The position numbers and the translations under genes were made by a program. Of a stretch of DNA of 64,000 nt, positions 1-9,875 are shown piece after piece. Under the pieces are notes generated by a model. The model was not told the DNA's origin. It made no database searches and was given only the letters and a program-made list of their open reading frames with translations. Origin of the DNA: an uncultured Chlamydiae bacterium (GTDB taxonomy: Bacteria; Chlamydiota; Chlamydiia; Chlamydiales; Parachlamydiaceae); contig CAWHMU010000045.1 of assembly GCA_963830365.1 (NCBI GenBank), positions 32,001 through 96,000 of the forward strand. The letters are read 5' to 3'. The first letter of the stretch is position 1, and each line of letters begins with the position of its first letter.

Positions 1-3000
1 CGACACCATCACCGCCATGTCCCCGGCGCATCTCACCGGCCTGGTCGATATCGTCGTTAGCAATACCAACGGCAGCTCGCCAATAGTTGCCGGGGACAAA
101 TTTTACTTCGGCACGCCGACTGTGACTTCAATCAGTCCGACTGGTGGTCCGGACTTCGGTGGAAACACTGTCGATATTATCGGCACCGGCTTTAACTCGG
201 CCACACAAGTCTATTTTGGCACTGATGTGGCCGACGGCTATAGTCTAAATTCGGACACTGAAATCTTTGCCTATCCGGCGGCGCATGCTGCGGGCACGGT
301 CGATGTCCGAGTGGAAAACGACGCCGGCAAATCGCCAACGTCACCCGCTGATTTATACACTTTCAATACCACACCGAAAGTGACCGCTATCAGTCCGAAT
401 AAAGGCAATACCGGCGGCGGCACCCTGGTCACTGTTACAGGCACAGGGTTTGCCAGTGTTTTCGATGTGCGATTTGACGGCAATAGCGTGCCATTTACGA
501 TTGTTAATGACACCAAGCTGACCGCCACGGCACCTTTTCACGCTGCCGGCATGATCAATATCGTCGTCGAAAACTATAACGGATCATCGCAACTCACGCT
601 TGCCAACCAATACACCTACCTGCCTCCGGTCGTGACAAGTATCAGTCCTGCCGGCGGTCCGGCCTCCGCATCTACCCTTGTAACTGTTACCGGCACGGGC
701 TTTCTGGGCGCCTTGGGTGTCAATTTTGATGTAACCAGCGGTACAGCGCTACAGATCTTGAGCGACACCCAGCTTAAAATCCTGTCGCCGGCGCTTGCCG
801 ACGGCACGGTCGATGTCACCGTCATCAATGCCGGCGCCACCTCGGCTACATCCAATGCCTCCAAATTCACTTTTGGCGTGCCGGTAATATCCGGCGCAAG
901 CCCGCAGTCGGGTCCGACAACCGGCAATACCACCGTCACCATCACGGGATCGGGCTTTACGGGAGTGACGGGCGTAAAATTCGGCACATCGAATGCGGCC
1001 AGCTTTACGGTCAACTCTTCGACGACGATCACGGCAAAAACACCGGCGCATGCCGCCGGCACGGTCAATATCACGGTGAGCAATGCTGCCGGCACCTCGA
1101 CAACCTTTGCTCAATTTGTTTTCGGCACGGCGAAAGTCACAGCTGTCACGCCAGGTTCTGGGGCGCAAACCGGACCCTATGATATTGCGATTACCGGCCA
1201 GAGCTTTACCGGCGTGACCTATGCTTATTTTGGGGGTCTTAACAATTTCTTCCTCCCGTTTACGATAAACAGCGACACCTCCCTTACCATCCATGTACCG
1301 GTTGGTATTTTTCTAAGCGAGTATCATATCCAGTTGCAGAACAACGCCGGCCCTATTAATTCGCAGAGCAGTCTTTCACCGGCTACCGACGCCGATGTCT
1401 TCGTCTTTGATGTGCCGGGCGTATTTCCGGGTTTGACCACACCCGGCGCCGGCCCCACAGGTGGAGGCACGCTGGCAAGCTATGGGGGCAATCTTGCCAA
1501 TCTCACGAGCGTGCTTTTTGACGGCTCGCCAATCGCTTACACCAGCACCACAAACGTACCGCCAAATGGCGGACCCTCCACGACTACCGTTAAGATGACA
1601 ACGCCGCCGCATGCCGCCGGCTCAGTGGTCGTCACCTTCACCAATGCCCAAGGCTCGAGCCCGGGCATAAGCACCGCGTTTTTCACTTATGGCGCCCCGG
1701 TAATATCGAGTCTAAGTGCCGGTTTCGGCCCGCTTTCGGGCGGCAATCCGGTCACCATCACCGGCACAGGTCTAGGTAATGCGACGGCGGTAAGTTTCGG
1801 CGGCACCCTCGCCACCAGCTTTACCATCAATTCAGGCACTTCGATCACAGCCATCGCGCCGCCGCATGTGGTCGGCACGGTCGATATCAGGGTGACAAAT
1901 GCCGCCGGCACATCGGCCGTAGTGCCTGCCGACAAATACATCTACACCGGTGTTCCCGTGATCACCAATGTCAGCCCAAATAGCGGCACGACCGGTGGCG
2001 GCACAGTAGTTACGCTGACAGGCACGGGATTTTTATCCGCGACCAGCGCCACCTTCGGCGGCACGCCTGGCACTGGCATCCAAATAATCAACGACACCCA
2101 GATGAAAGTCACTTCGCCAGCAAAAACGGCTGGCACTTTCCATATCATCGTCACAAACGCGGCGGGTGCCTCAACGCCGGTAGCTGCCGACCAGTTTACT
2201 TTCCTGCCGCCGGCCGTAACCAAAGTTTCCTCGAATGCTGGCCCTACCGGCGGTGGCACCGTTGTGACCATCACCGGTACGGATTTTTTTAGGATCACCG
2301 GTCCGACGGGTGTCTTGTTCGGCGCCACTCCGGCTACAAGCTACACGGTAAACTCATCCACTTCGATCATAGCCACCTCGCCGTTCTCTGCAATTTCCAC
2401 AGCTGTTGATGTCAGGGTGCAAAATAGCGGCGCTATCTCTGCCATCACGGTGGCCGATGAATTTACCTATGGCTTTCCTGTACTCTCAGCCATCAGCCCA
2501 GGTGCCGGTTCGACTGGCGGCAGCACCGTGGTCACGCTGACAGGAAAAAATTTCAGCCTGGCCACGGATGTCACTTTCGATGGCATTCCGGCGTTAAGCT
2601 TCACTGTCAACAGCGACACAAAGATCACAGCCACCACCCCGGCGCATGCTGCTGGCACCATTGAAGTCGTTGTGACCAATTTGAATGGTTCTTCGACATC
2701 ATCTGCCGGTTCCAAATACACCTACGGCGTACCGGTAGTGACGCTGCTTACTCCCAATCTCGGTATCAACACCGGCGGCACTAGTGTTGCCATCAGTGGC
2801 TCGGGCTTTTATTATGCCACGGCAGTCAGCTTTGGCAGCACCCCGGCTGCAAGTTTTACCATCAACTCCGACTCATCGATCACTGCCACCGCGCCGCTGC
2901 ACACAGCCGGCATAGTCGATGTCAGAGTAACAAATGCCGCCGGCACATCGGCCATAGTCCTCGCCGATCAGTATACCTATCTCATCATCCCTAAAATCAC

Positions 3001-6000
3001 TGCTGTCACCCCAAATACCGGGCCGGCCGTGGGCGGTACGACAGTCACCATCACCGGATTAGGGCTGGCCAGCACGACAGCCGTCTTCTTTGGCGGTACC
3101 CCCGGCGTTATCAACACACATACCGGCGATACCCAGATCACGGCCACCTCGCCTGCGCATGTTGTGGGGGCTATCGACATCACGGTCAGCAATGCTGTCG
3201 GCACATCGCCGACTTCTGCCGCCGATATCTTTACCTATTATGGCTCGCCCACAATTACCAGCGTCACGCCTAATGCCGGACCCACCTTTGGGGGTACCTC
3301 AGTGACTATCAAGGGCACGAACCTTCTCTCTGTAACAATTGTGAACTTTGGCGGCTTTGCCGCAACAAGCTTTACAGCTAATTCCGACACAACGATTACA
3401 GCCATCGCCCCGGGGCAAGGCGCCGGCCTGGTAGATATCCAGGTTATTAATCCTAATGGCGCATCGTCCTTAACGCCAGCCGATCAATTCACCTACTTTT
3501 CTCCCCCGACGGTCACCAATGTCGTTCCTAGAGGCGGTTCCCAATTCGGCGGCACATCGGTCGCTATTACGGGTACGAACTTTACCTACGCTACGGCGGT
3601 AAAATTCGGCACAACAAACGCCACCAGCTTTACCATCAACTCAAACTCATCGATCACGGCTATCTCACCCCCAAATAGTCCTGCCACAGTCGATGTTACG
3701 GTGGTCAATGCCGCCGGCACATCGCCGACGTTTACTGCCGATCTGTACACTTTTGGGACCCCTGCCGTGACAAATGTCACACCGAATTTTGACGTTTACA
3801 CCGGCGGCGCCCCCATCACCATTTCGGGAGCCCGTTTCAGCAACGCCACGGCTGTCAGTTTTGGCGGCACGCCGGCTGCCGCCTTTAATGTCGTTAACGA
3901 TTCGACGATCTCAGCTACGGCACCGGCGCATGCCGTCGGTGTCTACGATGTCACAGTGGCCAATAATACCGGCACATCACCTGTGTCCAATGCTGACAAA
4001 TTCACCTTCAAAGGACCGTCTGAAATCACTTCTGTTACGCCGAACAAAGGTGGCACAGCCGGGGGGACGTCGGTCACCATCATCGGCGCCAACTTCGATG
4101 TTGTCACCAGTGTGTCATTTAATGCTACGCCTGTGACGAGCTTTACCATTAATTCGGCCACGAAGATTACGGCCATCATGCCTCCTGGTTCTGTCGGCAC
4201 GGGTCATGTCCGCTTGCAAAACAGCTATGGATATGTTTCAACGGACACTGTGGCCGACGAGTATACCTATGTCGATGTGGCTACCGTGACCAATGTCAGT
4301 CCTAATATCGGATTCCCCGCCGGCGGTACCTCCGTCACCGTCACCGGTACCAGCTTTACTTACGCGACAGCCGTCACTTTCGGCGGCAAGCCCGGCACCA
4401 ACCTGGTGGTGATCAATGACAACCAGCTGACAATCACCTCGCCGTCAAATCCCTTTGGCATCGTCGATATCAAGGTCGTCAATCCTGCCGGCACTTCGGC
4501 GGCTGTGCCTGCTGATCAATTCAGTTATGCTCTGCAGCCGGTGATCACATCTGTCAGCCCGATTGCCGGCACGATCAATGGCGGCACTTTGGTCACCGTC
4601 AACGGCAACTCCTTTAGCGGTGCCACGGGGGTTAACTTCGGCTCCACGCCCGGCACAGGGCTTACGGTGGTAAACGACAACCAGATAACGATCACCTCGC
4701 CGGTGCATGTGGCGGGTGCCGTCGATATCTTTGTCATCAATCCCGGTGGCTCATCGTTACCATCGGCCGGATCTCAATATATCTATGACGACGTACCGAC
4801 GGTAACTTCGGTCAGCCCCAGTGCCGGCTCTACCGGTGGCGGCAACACCGTTACTGTTACAGGAACGGGCCTGGCATCGGCCGCGGGTGTTGATTTCGGC
4901 GGCGGCGCCGGCACGAATATCGTCCGCATCAGCGACACCCAGCTGACTGTCAAAGCTCCGGCGCATAGCGCCGGCACAGTGCATGTCACGGTCACCAATA
5001 CGACCGGCACTTCTTCCGCGACGAATGCAGACAGATACACCTACGGCGCGCCGGTAGTAACCCTGGTTAGTCCTACAGCCGGCACGACAAGCGGTGGCAC
5101 CGCTGTCACTATTACAGGCACAGGTTTTGCCAATGCCACCTCCGTTAAATTCGGCACGACGGCTGCGAGCTTTACGGTCAATTCAGACCTGTCGATCACG
5201 GTCACCTCGCCGGCAGAAGGTGCTTTACCAAATACCGTCGACATCATCGTCGCCAATGCCGCCGGCAGCTCGGCTGTTACACCTGCCGACAAATTCACTT
5301 ATGGAGTCCCGGTGGTGAGTTCAGTTAGCCCGGATGCAGGCACGATCGCCGGCGGCACTTCTGTCACTATCAAAGGCAGCCGCTTTACCAATGCCACCGG
5401 CGTATTTTTTGGCGGCACTCCCGGTACGATTGTCACCAATACAGGCAATATCATCACAGCCCTTTCACCGGCCTCTGCTGCTGGCACCATCGATATCACC
5501 GTCGTCAATGCCGTCGGTACATCGGCGACTTCTGCCGCTGACACCTTTACCTTCGGGCCGCCGTCGATCTATTTCCTTTTCCCGGGAGCCGGTTCACCTT
5601 ATGGCAATACCTCTGTGAGCATTATCGGCTCAGGCCTTGGCAATGCCAGCTCAGTAAGCTTTGGCGGTGCTAACGGCACTATCGTCAGCCGATCAAATTC
5701 GTCTATTGAGGTCAAATCGCCGGCCCACGGCGCAGGCCTCGTCGATATCACGGTGACTAACGCTGCCGGCACATCGACCATAACCTCTGGCGACCAATAT
5801 GTGTTCGGCACGCCGGTGATATCCCTGGTCAGTCCGAACGCCGGCGACACGGCAGGCGGCAATGTTATCACTATCACGGGCAGCCGTCTGACAAATACTA
5901 TTGATATAACCTTTGGCGGCATATCGAGTTCCTTTACGGTCGATTCTGACACCCAGATCACTGCCACTGCGCCGGGCCATCTTCCGGGTACTGTCGACAT

Positions 6001-7336
6001 CATAGCGACTAATGATTTCGGCACATCGGCTATTACGGCTGCAGATAAATACACCTATGGCACGCCTGTCATAGCAAGTCTCAGTCCGGCTGCCGGAACG
6101 ACAGCTGGCGGCACCTATGTCACTATCACAGGTTCAGGCTTTACCAATGCCACAGCAGTAATCTTTGACAGCATACCGGCCACAATCGTCAGCAAAACAG
6201 AAACATCGATTTTCGCAATAGCCCCTGCGCATATTGCCGGCACGATCGATGTGCGCGTGCAGAATGCCGCCGGCTTTTCGGATTTAACCAATACCGATAA
6301 ATATACCTATGGCCCGCCGGTAGTGACGTTAGTCAGTCCTTCTAACGGCGGCAACACAGGCGGCACAATAGTTGCCGTGACAGGTTCAGGCTTTACCAAT
6401 GCCACAAAGGTATACTTCGGTAACGCCCTTGCCCATAATTTGTCGATAATTTCCGACACCTCGCTTAGCGTGATCTCTCCAAGTTATGCGCTGGGTACTG
6501 TCGATATTACCGTCCTCAATGCGGCGGGTGCTTCGGCCACATCTCCTGCCGATCAATTCACATATTATCCAAAGCCTGTAATCAACGGTATAAATCCTAA
6601 TGTCGGCGTCACGTTGGGCGGCACTGTTGTCACCATCACAGGGTCCGGATTTACCTCTGCCTACGATCTTCTCTTTGATACCACCATGGTGGCCTTTACG
6701 ATAAATTCAGACACTTCAATCACGGCCACAGCGCCGGCCCATGCCGCCGGCATGATAAATGTCGTGGTGGTAACTCTTGGCGGCGAATCACCGATTGGGC
6801 CAGGCAATGAATTTACCTATACGCCATTGCCTGAAATTACCAACGTGAGCCCAAATGCCGTCGCCTCCCCAGGCGTCACGGGCGTGAACATCACTGGTTC
6901 GAACTTTACCGGGGCTACTTCCGTCAAGTTCGGCACCGTCGAGGCCATCACCTTCCATGTCATCAATGACTCTGTCATTAATGCGCTATCGCCGTCCCAG
7001 TTTCCCGCTACCGTCGATATCAGGGTGCAAACGCCAGTCGGCACATCGCCAATCACAAGTGCCGACAAGTTCACTTATGGTCAGCCGTTAGTGTTCGGAG
7101 CAAGTCCGTCTAGCGGTCCCGCGGCAGGGGGAACCCCTGTCACCCTCACAGGTTCAGGGTTTGCTAACGCCACGGCCGTTAACTTCGGTGCCACCACGGT
7201 AGTGAGCTTCACGATTAATTCGGACAGCTCGATTACCGTGACTTCGCCTGCGCATGCCGCAGGTATCGTCAATATAACGGTAGCTAATGCTGCGGGTACT
7301 TCGCCGAATTTTGCTACGTATCAATATAACCCATGA
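1..7336 (+). CDS. Giant IPT/TIG (Ig-like) tandem-repeat surface protein/adhesin, 5'-truncated by the window edge
   Basis: The frame is open upstream of the track's Met (GAC ACC ATC ACC GCC ATG). Roughly 28 repeats of ~85 aa with consensus P.VT.VSP..G...GGT.VTITG.GF..AT.V.FG...A.SFTV.SDT.ITA..P.H.AGTVDI.V.NAAGTS.....D.FTY. Confidence 0.9.
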   Translation, partial: DTITAMSPAHLTGLVDIVVSNTNGSSPIVAGDKFYFGTPTVTSISPTGGPDFGGNTVDIIGTGFNSATQVYFGTDVADGYSLNSDTEIFAYPAAHAAGTVDVRVENDAGKSPTSPADLYTFNTTPKVTAISPNKGNTGGGTLVTVTGTGFASVFDVRFDGNSVPFTIVNDTKLTATAPFHAAGMINIVVENYNGSSQLTLANQYTYLPPVVTSISPAGGPASASTLVTVTGTGFLGALGVNFDVTSGTALQILSDTQLKILSPALADGTVDVTVINAGATSATSNASKFTFGVPVISGASPQSGPTTGNTTVTITGSGFTGVTGVKFGTSNAASFTVNSSTTITAKTPAHAAGTVNITVSNAAGTSTTFAQFVFGTAKVTAVTPGSGAQTGPYDIAITGQSFTGVTYAYFGGLNNFFLPFTINSDTSLTIHVPVGIFLSEYHIQLQNNAGPINSQSSLSPATDADVFVFDVPGVFPGLTTPGAGPTGGGTLASYGGNLANLTSVLFDGSPIAYTSTTNVPPNGGPSTTTVKMTTPPHAAGSVVVTFTNAQGSSPGISTAFFTYGAPVISSLSAGFGPLSGGNPVTITGTGLGNATAVSFGGTLATSFTINSGTSITAIAPPHVVGTVDIRVTNAAGTSAVVPADKYIYTGVPVITNVSPNSGTTGGGTVVTLTGTGFLSATSATFGGTPGTGIQIINDTQMKVTSPAKTAGTFHIIVTNAAGASTPVAADQFTFLPPAVTKVSSNAGPTGGGTVVTITGTDFFRITGPTGVLFGATPATSYTVNSSTSIIATSPFSAISTAVDVRVQNSGAISAITVADEFTYGFPVLSAISPGAGSTGGSTVVTLTGKNFSLATDVTFDGIPALSFTVNSDTKITATTPAHAAGTIEVVVTNLNGSSTSSAGSKYTYGVPVVTLLTPNLGINTGGTSVAISGSGFYYATAVSFGSTPAASFTINSDSSITATAPLHTAGIVDVRVTNAAGTSAIVLADQYTYLIIPKITAVTPNTGPAVGGTTVTITGLGLASTTAVFFGGTPGVINTHTGDTQITATSPAHVVGAIDITVSNAVGTSPTSAADIFTYYGSPTITSVTPNAGPTFGGTSVTIKGTNLLSVTIVNFGGFAATSFTANSDTTITAIAPGQGAGLVDIQVINPNGASSLTPADQFTYFSPPTVTNVVPRGGSQFGGTSVAITGTNFTYATAVKFGTTNATSFTINSNSSITAISPPNSPATVDVTVVNAAGTSPTFTADLYTFGTPAVTNVTPNFDVYTGGAPITISGARFSNATAVSFGGTPAAAFNVVNDSTISATAPAHAVGVYDVTVANNTGTSPVSNADKFTFKGPSEITSVTPNKGGTAGGTSVTIIGANFDVVTSVSFNATPVTSFTINSATKITAIMPPGSVGTGHVRLQNSYGYVSTDTVADEYTYVDVATVTNVSPNIGFPAGGTSVTVTGTSFTYATAVTFGGKPGTNLVVINDNQLTITSPSNPFGIVDIKVVNPAGTSAAVPADQFSYALQPVITSVSPIAGTINGGTLVTVNGNSFSGATGVNFGSTPGTGLTVVNDNQITITSPVHVAGAVDIFVINPGGSSLPSAGSQYIYDDVPTVTSVSPSAGSTGGGNTVTVTGTGLASAAGVDFGGGAGTNIVRISDTQLTVKAPAHSAGTVHVTVTNTTGTSSATNADRYTYGAPVVTLVSPTAGTTSGGTAVTITGTGFANATSVKFGTTAASFTVNSDLSITVTSPAEGALPNTVDIIVANAAGSSAVTPADKFTYGVPVVSSVSPDAGTIAGGTSVTIKGSRFTNATGVFFGGTPGTIVTNTGNIITALSPASAAGTIDITVVNAVGTSATSAADTFTFGPPSIYFLFPGAGSPYGNTSVSIIGSGLGNASSVSFGGANGTIVSRSNSSIEVKSPAHGAGLVDITVTNAAGTSTITSGDQYVFGTPVISLVSPNAGDTAGGNVITITGSRLTNTIDITFGGISSSFTVDSDTQITATAPGHLPGTVDIIATNDFGTSAITAADKYTYGTPVIASLSPAAGTTAGGTYVTITGSGFTNATAVIFDSIPATIVSKTETSIFAIAPAHIAGTIDVRVQNAAGFSDLTNTDKYTYGPPVVTLVSPSNGGNTGGTIVAVTGSGFTNATKVYFGNALAHNLSIISDTSLSVISPSYALGTVDITVLNAAGASATSPADQFTYYPKPVINGINPNVGVTLGGTVVTITGSGFTSAYDLLFDTTMVAFTINSDTSITATAPAHAAGMINVVVVTLGGESPIGPGNEFTYTPLPEITNVSPNAVASPGVTGVNITGSNFTGATSVKFGTVEAITFHVINDSVINALSPSQFPATVDIRVQTPVGTSPITSADKFTYGQPLVFGASPSSGPAAGGTPVTLTGSGFANATAVNFGATTVVSFTINSDSSITVTSPAHAAGIVNITVANAAGTSPNFATYQYNP

Positions 7337-7355
7337 TCATCAGCAAACGGCTGAT

Positions 7356-7389
7356 TTAGGAAAGCGGACATTAGCCTCCGCTTTCCTAA
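7356..7389. terminator. Hairpin between convergent genes, probable bidirectional intrinsic terminator
   Basis: 13-bp perfect stem TTAGGAAAGCGGA / TCCGCTTTCCTAA just after the IPT gene stop and downstream of hemG; no strong U-tract. Confidence 0.55.
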
Positions 7390-7468
7390 GTGGTTGGCCA
7401 ATTTGTCCGCTCAGTGGCGCTTCTGTATATCCGAAAAGTCTTTTGTGTTTGCTGAAGATCAGCGCGGC

Positions 7469-8845
7469 TTAAGCTTGGGCGGCTGCCAAAGCTTCTGCGA
7501 TGCAGTCGTTGATGGAGACGCCGCGCCAGGCGCTGCCGATGAGTTTTAGGCGAGCATTAGACCAGCTTTGTAAAGCTATCTCAATGCCTTGCAAACGTGC
7601 GAGATGACCGACTTCATATTGGGGGATGGCCTGTATGGCGCGGGTGCATTGCACAGCGTCAGGCGGGGCTGAAATGGCGAGATGCCTGCGCAAGCCTTGA
7701 CGCACACGGCGGATCAACTCTGCTTCGGGCAATAGCACAAGTTCCGGATGATGGGTGCCGCCGAGCATGGCCGTCAGCCTTGTCTCTGGCGACGTCTTAT
7801 TTTGCTGGGGAAAGGCTGAAGAATCCCAGACGACGCCCAGCAAATCCTCTTTTTCTTTAGAGGGGATCAGATAGCCGAAGCCTTGCCGATTGAGGACATC
7901 ATTTTTCCAGGCCATATTGACGACAGCCACCGAGGCTGTCTTTCCCAGGGCCATTTCATCTGCCAGTGCGGCATGCGTCGGTCTGATGATCCCGGCGGCG
8001 GCTTGCGCCGGCACGGCCATGAAGACCTGGTCGGCCGTAAACTTTGTGTCATCGTCGGTGTAGATGTTGATGGCTGCCGGCTGGACATCAATCGTCTTAA
8101 CGCCGCAACCTAGTTTTAAATCGGGGGCAAGGTTGTTAGCCAGTATAGTGACAAGTGTCTGCATGCCATGGCGCAAGGTGAAGAGGGGCGATTTTTGGAT
8201 GCTTTGCACAAACGATGAGGTGGCGGCTTTGCCGTCCGGCTTCCACATGCTCATAAGGAAACCTTTGCCAAGCGAACCATGTTGCTGTTCCATGCAGTAG
8301 AGGGATGGAAAGCAGGCGCGCATCGACAAGCGATGCATGTTGCCGGCATAGATGCCTGATGTCAGTGGATCGATCAGCCGTTCGGCGATCTCATTAGAGA
8401 AGCGCCGGCCGATGAACCCGGCGATGCTTTCATCAGCGCCACCTTCGGCGGCAGGCCTCTGCCATTCCTTAAGCAGAGCTAGCGGCAGGCCGTGCATCAG
8501 GGGGGAGCGCAAAAAGGCCCACAGATTCCTTGGCAGGGGCTGCAAAGAGCCTTTGTCATAAATAAAGCGCTGTTGCGCGGCAGGGGCGGCGGTGATGACC
8601 TCATCAGCCAATCCCAAGGCTTCGATGAGCTGCAGGGTGGCACTGCCTGCGCCCCGCGAGCGGCAGCTGCGCGGTCCCTGCTCGAAGCAGAAGCTGCCGA
8701 CGGGCTGCGAGCTGATCCAGCCGCCGGCACGGGGGCTTTTTTCAAGGATGTTTAAATCAATACCATCTTTAAAGCGCTGCCTAAGCGCCCAGCCGAGCGC
8801 AAGGCCGCTGATGCCGGCGCCGATGATGACGATGCGGGGCCTCAT
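7469..8845 (-). CDS. hemG: Protoporphyrinogen/coproporphyrinogen oxidase (HemY-type, FAD)
   Basis: N-terminal GAGISGL dinucleotide fold, E-QGPRS, GIYAG, GFGYLIP, AIPQYEVGH, GVSINDCI; overlaps the hemE stop by 4 bp. Confidence 0.93.
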   Translation of the reverse strand: MRPRIVIIGAGISGLALGWALRQRFKDGIDLNILEKSPRAGGWISSQPVGSFCFEQGPRSCRSRGAGSATLQLIEALGLADEVITAAPAAQQRFIYDKGSLQPLPRNLWAFLRSPLMHGLPLALLKEWQRPAAEGGADESIAGFIGRRFSNEIAERLIDPLTSGIYAGNMHRLSMRACFPSLYCMEQQHGSLGKGFLMSMWKPDGKAATSSFVQSIQKSPLFTLRHGMQTLVTILANNLAPDLKLGCGVKTIDVQPAAINIYTDDDTKFTADQVFMAVPAQAAAGIIRPTHAALADEMALGKTASVAVVNMAWKNDVLNRQGFGYLIPSKEKEDLLGVVWDSSAFPQQNKTSPETRLTAMLGGTHHPELVLLPEAELIRRVRQGLRRHLAISAPPDAVQCTRAIQAIPQYEVGHLARLQGIEIALQSWSNARLKLIGSAWRGVSINDCIAEALAAAQA

Positions 8846-9858
8846 CGCTCGCTATGCACACAGTCTACCAGTGCTCTGACAGCATCGATGGGGGTGTCGG
8901 GGGCCAGGCCATGTCCAAGATTGAAAATGAAGCCCGGGTGGCCATCCATCTCTTCAAGAATGCGGTAAGTTTCCTTGCGCACCACATTTAAAGGGGCATA
9001 AAGGATATCGGGATCGAGGTTTCCCTGGATGGCAATGGTAGGTGGAAGCATGCGCCGCACGGTAGTAAGATGTGCGTTCCAATCCAAGCTTAGGGCGTTG
9101 GGATTTATCTTGGCGATATCGGGCAGATAGGCCGCGGTACCCTTGCTATAGAGGATAACCGGCACCTTGGACTTCACGTGTCGCAGAATCTTGTCGAAAT
9201 AAAAAAGGGAAAACTCTCGAAACTGTTCATAGGCCAGCCTGCCGGCCCAGGTGTCGAAGATTTGCACGGCTTGTACGCCGGCTTCGATCTGCATCTCCAG
9301 GTATTCGATGGCGCAATCTGCTAGCCGCTGCAGCAGGCGGTGAAAGGATGAGGGATCGCGCAGCATCCAGCGTTTGGTCTTATGTAAATCAGGGCCGCTC
9401 TTACCCTCGATCATATAGCTGGCCATGGTAAATGGAGCCCCGCAAAAGCCGATGAGCGGTACTTTTAGTTCGGGTTTTAGCAGGCGGATGCCATCGGTCA
9501 CATACTGGAGCTTCTCACGCATATTGGCCTTTGGCAAATTATCGACATCGGCCGCGGTGGAAAGCGGGTGTTCGAAGATCGGGCCTACATTTTCTTCAAA
9601 GCGCAAGCCGAGGCCCAAGGCTTCGGGAATGACCAGGATATCGGAAAATAAGATCGCCGCATCCATGCCAAAATCGTGTATCGGCAGCTGTGTCACCTGG
9701 GCAATCAGCTCAGGCTGATGACACATCTCCAGAAAGGTGTATTTAGTACGCAAGGCGCGATATTCTGGCAGCCATCGGCCGGCCTGGCGCATCAGCCATA
9801 CTGGCACCGGTCCTTCATTCTTACAATGAAGGGCATCAAGCAAGAGGTTATTTGTCAT
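8842..9858 (-). CDS. hemE: Uroporphyrinogen decarboxylase
   Basis: PVWLMRQAGR, DAAILFSDIL, IGFCGAPFT, QGNLDP and FIFNLGHG signature motifs. Confidence 0.97.
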   Translation of the reverse strand: MTNNLLLDALHCKNEGPVPVWLMRQAGRWLPEYRALRTKYTFLEMCHQPELIAQVTQLPIHDFGMDAAILFSDILVIPEALGLGLRFEENVGPIFEHPLSTAADVDNLPKANMREKLQYVTDGIRLLKPELKVPLIGFCGAPFTMASYMIEGKSGPDLHKTKRWMLRDPSSFHRLLQRLADCAIEYLEMQIEAGVQAVQIFDTWAGRLAYEQFREFSLFYFDKILRHVKSKVPVILYSKGTAAYLPDIAKINPNALSLDWNAHLTTVRRMLPPTIAIQGNLDPDILYAPLNVVRKETYRILEEMDGHPGFIFNLGHGLAPDTPIDAVRALVDCVHSER

Positions 9859-9875
9859 GAAAAATCCTTCTTAGT

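Noticed and set aside
271..7272. Many 60-180 aa minus-strand and alternate-frame ORFs over the IPT gene
   Set aside because: Shadow ORFs with ~85-aa periodicity mirroring the sense repeats; no independent motifs.
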